DNA of 64,000 bases from Bdellovibrionota bacterium (lineage in GTDB: Bacteria; Bdellovibrionota_G; JALEGL01; DATDPG01). The stretch is from the NCBI GenBank assembly GCA_963668355.1, contig OY764265.1, forward strand, positions 1,024,001 through 1,088,000, written 5' to 3'. The position numbers and the translations under genes are program-made. Positions 50,727 through 59,291 of this stretch are shown here, one piece after another. Numbering within the stretch: the stretch's first letter is position 1; the number at the start of each line of letters is the position of its first letter. The notes under the pieces are model-generated. The model did not search any database, had not been told where the DNA came from, and was given only the letters and a program-made list of their open reading frames with translations.

Positions 50727-51129
50727 GCGAAAATTACTTGTCGTTCTGTTTTCATATCTATTGTTACAGGTATTGATCTCCTGCGGAAGCGACCAATCTC
50801 CAAACGAGCTCCTTACCGACGTGGCTGATCAGTTGGGTCTACCCAAAGAGGCGATCTCTTTAATGGCTCCGTCTGGTTATTATGGGTACTACGGTTATAG
50901 CGGTTACGGTGGTTATGGCGGATATTATGGCGGATATGATTACTATGACTACTACTCCGGCTACGGCGGATATGACGGGTCACCGCCTCCTTGCGACTCG
51001 TATTGCGAAATACAATTTCAAGATGCCAATGATAATTGGATTAAGCGAACTACGAATTGCCCATCCAATTATTGCGCTTCGTGTTCAACAACAGGAGTAG
51101 GAACTTGTAGATTGGAGAGCAACCTATGA
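50701..51129 (+). CDS. Lipoprotein with a Gly/Tyr-rich tract and a six-Cys C-terminal domain
   Basis: AGGAG RBS, LISC lipobox, GYYGYYGYSGYGGYGGYYGGYDYYDYYSGYGGY. Confidence 0.78.
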   Translation: MHHIAPPAKRKLLVVLFSYLLLQVLISCGSDQSPNELLTDVADQLGLPKEAISLMAPSGYYGYYGYSGYGGYGGYYGGYDYYDYYSGYGGYDGSPPPCDSYCEIQFQDANDNWIKRTTNCPSNYCASCSTTGVGTCRLESNL

Positions 51130-51434
51130 ACTTCGGAAAAAAGAAACGCTTGCTCGCTGGAATGCTTGGCCTGATTCTGGGTTGTGTGTCACTGTTGCTG
51201 ATAAATGTGAGTTCCGCTTGGGCTGCAGCGGAGGAGATGGAGGAAGATGTTCCTGCCGTTGTGCTCCAAAGCGCTCCCGAGGGATGGTCAGATGCCTGTT
51301 GGGATGCGCAGAATGTTTCGCTTCCCGGAGGAGGAACTCAGCAAAACATGATGATGTGTTATTGCTACCCCCCAACGGGGAATTGCTATTACAACCCTGC
51401 TGACACAGCGCCATACTGCACATGTAATCCTTAG
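51126..51434 (+). CDS. Small exported Cys-rich protein
   Basis: ATGA overlap, GGAG RBS, signal peptide ending AWA, acidic segment, six Cys in the last ~45 aa. Confidence 0.75.
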   Translation: MNFGKKKRLLAGMLGLILGCVSLLLINVSSAWAAAEEMEEDVPAVVLQSAPEGWSDACWDAQNVSLPGGGTQQNMMMCYCYPPTGNCYYNPADTAPYCTCNP

Positions 51435-53932
51435 GTTCGTTTTCGGCGACGTCGAATCAAAGCCAACGAAATCAGAAATAGCGTACCCCACGAAAGGATA
51501 CGTGCGCCCTTTTCAATCCATGTCATGCGATAAGACACATGAATGGTTTTTTCCTTCGCTAAAACGAACTGGTAGGTCGGATAAACCAAAGCTACGCCCT
51601 GCTCTCCCAAAAACCATCTAGGAAAATACGTCTGATGAATAATCAGAGGCACGGGAGTCTTCGGTTTTTCCGACAACGTTACGGTCACCTTATTTCGAGA
51701 CATTTCCGTACGAACCACGTGAATCTGTTGGGTTACAGGCAGAGCATGTTGCTCCATGACCGCCATCATTTTTCGTATGGGCGATCTGTACGATTCTCGA
51801 ATCTCTTGTTTTTTCTCTTCCAGCTCTTCTTGAAACCTCTTCGAACTTTCTTTGTCTTTTGCTTCTCGAATCTGTTTAACGATATAGCCCAGCACCTCGG
51901 GCTCATACTCAAAAGGAGTAAAGAAAAACAACTTTCGATCATTCTTATATGCCTTGAGCTCACCAATGAGCGGGTCAGAACCCTCAAGAATCAAAACCGG
52001 TTTCGTGCGAGAGAATTCCAAGATGCCCTTTCGAGCTTCTTCCCGGTTATCATAATCAAATTGTGTGATAATCAATCCGCTAAAAGGACTCCAGTCCATT
52101 TTAGAATCCAACGTCTGTTCAGGCGAAAGAACAAAAGGCAAATCGTGACGATTCGCATGGAAAAAGGCTTCGGCTAGGGACAAATAATCATAGCCTCCGA
52201 AATAATCTCGATTTTTGGCTTTCCATTGCGCAAAGGCCAAAAATGGAATGCGGGAAGGAATATGCCCATACTTGGACCGATCCTCGGGATCTTCAAAAAG
52301 ATCCCATGTCCAGTTTGAGGCCAGATGTCGATAGCCTTCCTTCTCAAATTTCTGCTTCGTTTCTTTTTTGTCCACAAAGAAATATTTCAAATTGAAGAGG
52401 GCACTTCGTTTTTTTTGTTCCTCGAAAGATTGTTCTAGAAAACTTGGATCCTGTGCAATTTGTGAAGTCGTGGCAAACAGTTCCGCATGATTGGAATAGG
52501 CGTTTCTTAAAGCGTCGGTAAAAAATGAGGATATGGATGCTTCTCGATACACGGAGTACAAGCCGTATCCTCCTCGGTTTCCAGCTAACCCGTTGAGATA
52601 CCATGATTCGTCCCCGCGACGAGAGTCGTTTCCGCGATTGCCCAGAAATTCGACGAAAAATCTTCCTTCCGAATGGTTCATGGACGGAACAAAAAGACTC
52701 TCAAACTCATTCTTGTGATACATCGTGCCGAAGTACTTGAGCGTTAGATTCGTCGGATCTTGAAAGTAAAGCGCCGCAGGCAAAAACAGAACCACGGCCA
52801 TTTGCATCCATGAGCGATTAGAAAGAAGGGCGATCTCCGTAAGAAAAATGGTGATAACGGGTATCATGAAAAACAAAGCGTTGATGAGATTTCGATAGGG
52901 TTGGATGGGGAGCCCGGCAAAAATTCCTATTTGACTCGACGAAGCCACAATGATGCTAACCAACACCGATAAACTTAAGGCCAATCCAAACGAATTTCTG
53001 CGAATGTACGCCGCCGCAACAGCGGCTAAAAAGAGAAGAACCATTTGATAATAGTTAAAAGGTACCGCTAAGATTCCCGGGGAGACTAATGTCTGTGTCG
53101 GGGCCCATTTAAACGTTGCAAACATGGGAAGATACCAAACCGCCGTCACGGCCAACGCAATGAGTCCCGTCGACAAATAGGGAAGTGTAATTTCTCTAAA
53201 TGATTTCCAAGAAAGCTTTCTTGAACCCAAATCAAACAGATAAATACACACAAAAATAATGAGAACATTGATGAGAATGTTCACGTTCGAGAACAAAACC
53301 AAAAACAAAAGAAATGTCGAAATCCAAAAATTCTTGGACGATTCTCTTAAAGAGGGAAAGAAAAGAAGCCAAACCAGTGTTAGCTCAAATCCGAGTAAGT
53401 GCGCATACAATCCCGTCCAGTACGTTCCAAGAAGCGTCAGCCCATTCATGGCCAAAATGTCTGACCGAGTCATACAGAAAACTGACAAGAAACCCGCCGC
53501 GAGTCCTGCGATACGTCCTCCGAAATGCTTCGCTGAGAGCAGGTAAAAGAGAAAAGGAAATGCGGTGGTCATCAACAACACAAACCATTTGACCACGATG
53601 GCGCTCGAAAGGCCGGTCACGTTTACAAAAAGCCCGACGATCCAAAAAAACAGAGGATGATAAAAATTGGGAAAGGGCATTCCCAAATACCAACGAGGGG
53701 TCCACCCGAAAATTGCTGGCCATATGTTTTGAGCATAATCCTGGGCCAATGCTGTATGGCTCACGCCGTCCCAGCCTCCCAAAACAGAACTGTGAAGAAT
53801 CGACCAGTGTAAATTGTAGCTCGTACCGATGAGGGCACTGATGACCAGAAGGAAGTCCAGCAATAGAGTGGGGAAGGATACGCCATATAGGGCGGGAAAC
53901 TTCCTTTTATTGTTTGGGTCTAAGCCGTCCAT
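51431..53932 (-). CDS. Large GT-C-type membrane protein (PTPS-related/YfhO-like)
   Basis: GWDGVSH, GWTPRWYLGMPFPNFYHPL, many TM segments, soluble domain, TYFPRW, final TM. Confidence 0.78.
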   Translation of the reverse strand: MDGLDPNNKRKFPALYGVSFPTLLLDFLLVISALIGTSYNLHWSILHSSVLGGWDGVSHTALAQDYAQNIWPAIFGWTPRWYLGMPFPNFYHPLFFWIVGLFVNVTGLSSAIVVKWFVLLMTTAFPFLFYLLSAKHFGGRIAGLAAGFLSVFCMTRSDILAMNGLTLLGTYWTGLYAHLLGFELTLVWLLFFPSLRESSKNFWISTFLLFLVLFSNVNILINVLIIFVCIYLFDLGSRKLSWKSFREITLPYLSTGLIALAVTAVWYLPMFATFKWAPTQTLVSPGILAVPFNYYQMVLLFLAAVAAAYIRRNSFGLALSLSVLVSIIVASSSQIGIFAGLPIQPYRNLINALFFMIPVITIFLTEIALLSNRSWMQMAVVLFLPAALYFQDPTNLTLKYFGTMYHKNEFESLFVPSMNHSEGRFFVEFLGNRGNDSRRGDESWYLNGLAGNRGGYGLYSVYREASISSFFTDALRNAYSNHAELFATTSQIAQDPSFLEQSFEEQKKRSALFNLKYFFVDKKETKQKFEKEGYRHLASNWTWDLFEDPEDRSKYGHIPSRIPFLAFAQWKAKNRDYFGGYDYLSLAEAFFHANRHDLPFVLSPEQTLDSKMDWSPFSGLIITQFDYDNREEARKGILEFSRTKPVLILEGSDPLIGELKAYKNDRKLFFFTPFEYEPEVLGYIVKQIREAKDKESSKRFQEELEEKKQEIRESYRSPIRKMMAVMEQHALPVTQQIHVVRTEMSRNKVTVTLSEKPKTPVPLIIHQTYFPRWFLGEQGVALVYPTYQFVLAKEKTIHVSYRMTWIEKGARILSWGTLFLISLALIRRRRKRT

Positions 53933-54112
53933 AATTTCATGTCGAAACGGATAATATACCAGGGATCTCGCTAGGATCTCGCCAGAGAATCTAAAATTCT
54001 TCTCCCCATATCGATGTTTTGGCTTGATGGGGCCCCGAACTCAAAGGTTTTTCGAGGGTTTTTAACACTCATCTATTGCGCGGCGCGCACACGTAGTTAA
54101 TATGGTCCCATC

Positions 54113-56653
54113 ATGGCAACTGCGACCATTCCTCGATATGAGCCCGGAAAGATTGAGCCCAAATGGCAATCCAACTGGGAAAAGACCAAAGCCTTTCAAT
54201 CTAAGGAAGGAAAAAAGAACAAGTACTACCTTTTAGAAATGTTTCCCTACCCTTCGGGCCGCATTCACATGGGTCATGTACGCAACTATGCCATTGGAGA
54301 TGTTGTTGCCAATTTCAAGAAGCGCCAAGGATTCAATGTTTTGCACCCCATGGGGTTTGATGCCTTTGGCCTTCCCGCTGAAAACGCCGCCATTAAGAAT
54401 AAGGTTCACCCGAAAAAGTGGACCTACGACAATATCAAGTTCATGGAAAAACAACTCAAGCGCTTAGGTTTTTCCGTGGATTGGAATCGAAAGGTTGTTA
54501 CGGCAGATCCGGAATACTATCGATGGGAACAGCTTCTTTTCATTGAAATGTTTAAGAAGGGTTTGGCGTACCGAAAACGCTCCCATGTTCAGTGGTGCCC
54601 CACCTGCGACACGGTTTTGGCCAATGAACAGGTCAATGATGGAAAATGTTGGCGTTGTGAAGACAAAGTTGTCGAAAAGAATTTGGACCAATGGTTTTTA
54701 AGAATCACTCAATATGCCGACGAACTCCTGGAGGGTTTGTTTGAGCTGGAAGGCGGGTGGCCCGAGCGAGTTTTGACGATGCAACGGAATTGGATTGGTC
54801 GAAGTGAAGGGGCCTTCATCGACTTTGAATTGGAAAAATTCGGCCAAGAAAAAATTAAGGTCTTCACCACTCGCCCCGACACGCTTTTTGGCGTGACCTT
54901 TCTCTCCATTGCGGCCGAGCATCCCCTTGTGAAAAAAATCACGGCCGTGGCTTCTGACGAAAATCGAAAAAAAGTGGAAGCCTTTGTGGAAAAGGTCAAA
55001 AACACAAACCCCCAAGATCGAATCGCTGAAAACTTTGAAAAAGAAGGCGTGAATACGGGCATATTCTGCACCCACCCCCTCACACGCGAAAAAATTCCCA
55101 TTTTCATCGCCAACTTCGTGTTGATGGACTACGGAACGGGGGCGGTCATGGCCGTGCCCGCCCATGACGAACGCGATTTCGCGTTTGCCAAAAAGTATCA
55201 TCTTCCCATCCGCCTGGTCATCGCTCCTCCAGATCGAGAAGTGAACGAAGAAGAATTGGAGGAAGCCTATACGGGATCCGGTACGATGGTTCGTTCCGGT
55301 CGCTATGATGGCTTGGACAATGATGAGGGTGGGGCGCGCATTGTTCGCACATTGACCCAAAAGAAATTGGGTTCCGCTGCGGTGACCTATCGCTTGAAAG
55401 ATTGGGGAATCTCTCGGCAACGATATTGGGGAACGCCCATTCCCATGATCCATTGCCAAAAATGTGGCATTCTTCCGGTTCCCACAGAAGACCTTCCCGT
55501 AAAATTGCCCACAAAAGCTCCCTTGGAAGGAAAGGGCGCCTCACCTTTGGGAAGAGTCGCCTCCTTCATGAAGGTAAAATGCCCGGAGTGTGGAAAACCA
55601 GCCCAACGGGACACCGATACGATGGATACGTTCATGGAATCCAGTTGGTATTTTTTGCGCTACTGCTCTCCCCATTACGACAAAGGAATGTTCGATCCCA
55701 AGGCAGCGAAATACTGGGCTCCGGTAGATCAATACATCGGTGGAATTGAACATGCGGTCATGCATCTCCTGTATTCTCGTTTCATCACGCGCGTCTTGAG
55801 AGATCTGGGCTGGGCCGACATCTCGGAACCTTTTGCCCGCCTTCTCACGCAAGGCATGGTCATCAAAGACGGTGAGAAAATGTCCAAATCCAAAGGCAAT
55901 GTCGTCGATCCGGATGGCCTCATTGACAAATATGGCGCCGATACGGTTCGCCTCTTTTCGTTGTTTGCTTCTCCCGTGGATCGGGATCTGGATTGGAGCG
56001 AGCAAGGCGTAGAGGGTGCGAGTCGGTTTTTGGATCGGCTTTGGCGTTTTGCCCTCAACATTCACGCGGCCAGCCCCAAAGCCCGAAAGGCCACAGAGTC
56101 CGTAGTCAGCCAAGACGAATTGGCCACCAAAATCTTCCGACTCACGCATAAGATGATCCGGCAAACAACCGAAAACATGAGCCGCTTTCACTTTAACACA
56201 GCCATTAGCTCGGTGATGGAGTTCGTCAATCATGTGGCCGGCGCTCTGCCTTCGGTATGGGAGATTGGAACCAACCCCGAAGCCGCAAAGGCCCTGACCG
56301 CGGCTCAAAAATCAGCCCTGCGGCATGCGGCCCTTTCTGCCATTTCGGTGATGTATCCCGTTACCCCCCACATTACGGAAGAGCTGTGGAAGCTTCTGGA
56401 TAATTCAAAGATGTTGGTTGACGCCCCCTGGCCCGAATTTGATCCAAAATTTGCGCAAGAAGAAAAAGTCACCTTGGTGGTGCAAGTCAATGGAAAGGTC
56501 CGGGCCAAATTGGAAATGGAACGAAGCCTGGACAATGAGAAGGTGATCGAAGCCGCCACAACGGCCGAAAACGTGAAAAAACATCTGGAGGGAAAAACGT
56601 TGAGAAAAACCATCGTTGTTCCCAATAAACTAGTAAACTTAGTGCTCGGATGA
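54113..56653 (+). CDS. leuS: Leucine--tRNA ligase
   Basis: MFPYPSGRIHMGH, FTTRPDT, GTGAVMAVPAHD, SRQRYWG, KMSKS. Confidence 0.98.
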   Translation: MATATIPRYEPGKIEPKWQSNWEKTKAFQSKEGKKNKYYLLEMFPYPSGRIHMGHVRNYAIGDVVANFKKRQGFNVLHPMGFDAFGLPAENAAIKNKVHPKKWTYDNIKFMEKQLKRLGFSVDWNRKVVTADPEYYRWEQLLFIEMFKKGLAYRKRSHVQWCPTCDTVLANEQVNDGKCWRCEDKVVEKNLDQWFLRITQYADELLEGLFELEGGWPERVLTMQRNWIGRSEGAFIDFELEKFGQEKIKVFTTRPDTLFGVTFLSIAAEHPLVKKITAVASDENRKKVEAFVEKVKNTNPQDRIAENFEKEGVNTGIFCTHPLTREKIPIFIANFVLMDYGTGAVMAVPAHDERDFAFAKKYHLPIRLVIAPPDREVNEEELEEAYTGSGTMVRSGRYDGLDNDEGGARIVRTLTQKKLGSAAVTYRLKDWGISRQRYWGTPIPMIHCQKCGILPVPTEDLPVKLPTKAPLEGKGASPLGRVASFMKVKCPECGKPAQRDTDTMDTFMESSWYFLRYCSPHYDKGMFDPKAAKYWAPVDQYIGGIEHAVMHLLYSRFITRVLRDLGWADISEPFARLLTQGMVIKDGEKMSKSKGNVVDPDGLIDKYGADTVRLFSLFASPVDRDLDWSEQGVEGASRFLDRLWRFALNIHAASPKARKATESVVSQDELATKIFRLTHKMIRQTTENMSRFHFNTAISSVMEFVNHVAGALPSVWEIGTNPEAAKALTAAQKSALRHAALSAISVMYPVTPHITEELWKLLDNSKMLVDAPWPEFDPKFAQEEKVTLVVQVNGKVRAKLEMERSLDNEKVIEAATTAENVKKHLEGKTLRKTIVVPNKLVNLVLG

Positions 56654-57615
56654 AGCTTTCCCCAGTTACATTTCTTGTCGGAACGGATTCTTTCCAACGA
56701 CAAATATTCATTGAAGACCTTCGCAAAGAAGTTTTTCCCACAGGTTCGGGAGGCTTAAACGACGATCATTTCGACGCGAAGGAACGCAAGCCCATGGATG
56801 TGTTTGACTTGGCCAACACACTCCCCATGATGGCTTCCAAACGTCTGATCATTTATCGGAACTGCGCCCCCAAGAGTGAAGCGGACCAAGAGGCCTGGAT
56901 TCGGTACTTGGAAAATCCCTCTCCCGAAACCGTTCTGATTGCGACGGCGGATAAACTCGACAAGCGAACGAAGTTTTTCAAAGTCTTGAATCAGAAAAAA
57001 ATGGTCCAACTCCTCACCGAACCGAAACCCCGAGATTTATCCAGTTGGGTGAATAAAATTGCCACTCGCCACCAAGTCACCCTCACGGCCGAAGCCCGAA
57101 GGGCTTTATGTGAAGCCATTGGCACGAATCTTTCGGCCATTCACCAGGCCATCGAAAAATTGGCTCTTTTTGTTCATCCTGAAACCAAAATATCCGAGAA
57201 AGCGGTCTTGGCTTTGGTCTCGGGAAGCGCCGGAGAGGATATTTTTGCGTGGACCGACCAAGTCGTGTCCGGGGAACTCGTTCGAGCGGTTGCCACCCTC
57301 GATCACTTGCTTGGACAAGGTGAGGTCCCCCTCATTTTGATCTCCATGCTCACCCGTCATTATCGGATTCTCTTAAAGGCCAAGCACCACGAACATATGG
57401 GAACCCCCCGCCCGCAATTACCCCGACATTTAGGCGTCCCCCCATTCACGGTCAACAAATACATGGAACAAGCCCGCCGACACACCGACCGAGCCTTAAG
57501 AGAAGCCTTGGCCAACCTGGTCAAAGTGGATCAAGAGCTTAAATCCACAGGCCTCCCCACACAAATCCTCCTCGAAACCGCCCTCCGCGGCCTCGGCCAC
57601 GCCACGGCCCGATAA
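56650..57615 (+). CDS. holA: DNA polymerase III subunit delta
   Basis: ANTLPMMASKRL, YLENPSPET, KLDKR, IEKLAL, DQELKS; located after leuS. Confidence 0.9.
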   Translation: MKLSPVTFLVGTDSFQRQIFIEDLRKEVFPTGSGGLNDDHFDAKERKPMDVFDLANTLPMMASKRLIIYRNCAPKSEADQEAWIRYLENPSPETVLIATADKLDKRTKFFKVLNQKKMVQLLTEPKPRDLSSWVNKIATRHQVTLTAEARRALCEAIGTNLSAIHQAIEKLALFVHPETKISEKAVLALVSGSAGEDIFAWTDQVVSGELVRAVATLDHLLGQGEVPLILISMLTRHYRILLKAKHHEHMGTPRPQLPRHLGVPPFTVNKYMEQARRHTDRALREALANLVKVDQELKSTGLPTQILLETALRGLGHATAR

Positions 57616-57751
57616 TCCTCGGCACCCCACGCCAAAATCGCCACCCGCGTGCTATACACAGCAAGCTACTTACGTATCGTAAGATCGTTCCTTAAACCAT
57701 TCTGATTACTTATCTCGATTTGAGAACACACCCTGATAAATCTGCTTGGAA

Positions 57752-58708
57752 TTAATCGGTTTCGTACGGTTCTTTTCGAACTTTCCAACGTCGATTGACA
57801 AAGCTCTCCATAAAGCCTCCCAAGGCGCGGATCTGGAATTTCCGCAAATCTGGATTCACGTTGGAAATATCAAAAAAACAGGCGGCGTAACCTGAACAAT
57901 AACTATTGTATGCACCCATCAGGCGATTAATTGTAGAAACGCCATTGCATTCTCGACTTCGGGCATCCATGTAGTACGTGTAAAAAATAAGAAAGCCGTA
58001 ATAGAGAGTGGAAGAGATTTTACAATAGGCCTTCGACTCAAAAAAATTCTGATTTAAGCGTTTTCCTGTCAGATAATCGCTCCGAGCAATCTGGGAAATT
58101 CCCCAATTGCTCATATGGTTAAATGGTGCATCCGACAAAAGAACAAAAAACCAATCTTTATGACGGTAATAGTGTTGCCACAAACTTTCGTTCCAGGTCA
58201 CTGCTTTTAACGCTCGAACAAAAAGCTCTCTCTCCTCTTTCCCAAATGGAGCTTGTTGATCTTCAAGCAATTGGTTTGCAATTTTTTCAATCAAGGATTC
58301 GATGGACGCGTAGTAACGATTTTGAACCTCTGTTTTTGCCCATTCCTTCTTTGTAAAAGCAAATTCAAGTTCAATTTCACCCTTACATTCTTCCGTAACG
58401 TCTGCGTAATTGAAAAACGTACGATCTCTCAATTCTTTTCGGAGTGTCCAACGATCAAAGGTGTTTTTTATTCGTTTTTTCTGACCGATTTTTTCTTCAG
58501 AAAGAGAATTTTGGGGAATAGGAATTCTGTTATCCGTTTTGGCTTTCGGGAGAAGGTTTTTCCAATGATTGGCTGAAATGTTTAGCCATGTCTCCGGCGC
58601 TGCTGTTGAGGGGCCCATTGACCTCTCAGATTCGCCAAGTGCATAGCCCCCCCTCAAAAAGGTGATGATCAGAAAACTTAGAACAAGCCGAACACTCATT
58701 TTTGACAT
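57752..58708 (-). CDS. Exported hypothetical protein, possible divergent SLT/lysozyme-like transglycosylase
   Basis: Signal peptide; ordered motifs AVTWNES, WGISQI and GAYNSY. Confidence 0.6.
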   Translation of the reverse strand: MSKMSVRLVLSFLIITFLRGGYALGESERSMGPSTAAPETWLNISANHWKNLLPKAKTDNRIPIPQNSLSEEKIGQKKRIKNTFDRWTLRKELRDRTFFNYADVTEECKGEIELEFAFTKKEWAKTEVQNRYYASIESLIEKIANQLLEDQQAPFGKEERELFVRALKAVTWNESLWQHYYRHKDWFFVLLSDAPFNHMSNWGISQIARSDYLTGKRLNQNFFESKAYCKISSTLYYGFLIFYTYYMDARSRECNGVSTINRLMGAYNSYCSGYAACFFDISNVNPDLRKFQIRALGGFMESFVNRRWKVRKEPYETD

Positions 58709-58931
58709 GGCACGACAATATTACATCAAGCTTCTCTCAATAACTCCATAAACGACATTTGAATTCTTCAATTGCAGGCCGAAAGGCGAAAATGCGAGGA
58801 TTAAAGAGACTGACGGCAAGAGGAGTTACTTTCATCCAAACCTAAAAAGCTTGTAGTTCTCTATACTTAGTGAATTTTTGACGCAGGTGTGCGTCGGAAG
58901 AGGGGTTGCTCTACGCTGTTGGACGGATCGG

Positions 58932-59192
58932 TTAGAGGGAAGAAACTCGGGCTGAAAGCCGAGCGATCTTGCGAGAAGCTGTGTTTTGGGCAATGACGCC
59001 TTCGCGACAAGCTTTGTCAATCTCGCCCATGGCCTCTTTCAGAGCCCCGGCAGCTTCATCCTTCTTCTTACTCTCCACCGCATCCAGGACCTTCTTGGTG
59101 GCCGTGCGAACGCGAGATTTCCACCATCGGTTGTGGGTTTCTCGTTTTTCGCCCTGGCGATGTCTTTTAATTGCTGATTTGTGCGTTGCCAT
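58932..59192 (-). CDS. rpsT: 30S ribosomal protein S20
   Basis: MATHKSAIKRHRQ, KSRVRT, NTASRKIARL. Confidence 0.96.
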   Translation of the reverse strand: MATHKSAIKRHRQGEKRETHNRWWKSRVRTATKKVLDAVESKKKDEAAGALKEAMGEIDKACREGVIAQNTASRKIARLSARVSSL

Positions 59193-59203
59193 AATTTGGC
59201 GCG

Positions 59204-59274
59204 CATTTAGCCTAGAGAAAATGCACTTGTCAAGGAGAAACCCTTTGACAAATGGGGTCAAACACAAGTAAGAG
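59204..59274. promoter_or_regulatory. Back-to-back sigma70 promoters for rpsT and rpsA
   Basis: TTGACA on the minus strand (59233-59228) and the plus strand (59245-59250), each with a weak TA-rich -10 about 18 nt downstream. Confidence 0.55.
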
Positions 59275-59291
59275 GGCGGCCTTAAAAAGTC

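Noticed and set aside
50870..50980. GGTTAT/GGATAT short repeats as a CRISPR or DNA repeat
   Set aside because: They are Gly/Tyr codons with synonymous variation; there is no repeat-spacer structure.
54698..56308. Long antisense ORFs (253 and 255 aa) opposite leuS, and similar shadows elsewhere
   Set aside because: Typical antisense shadows of conserved coding sequence, with no motifs.
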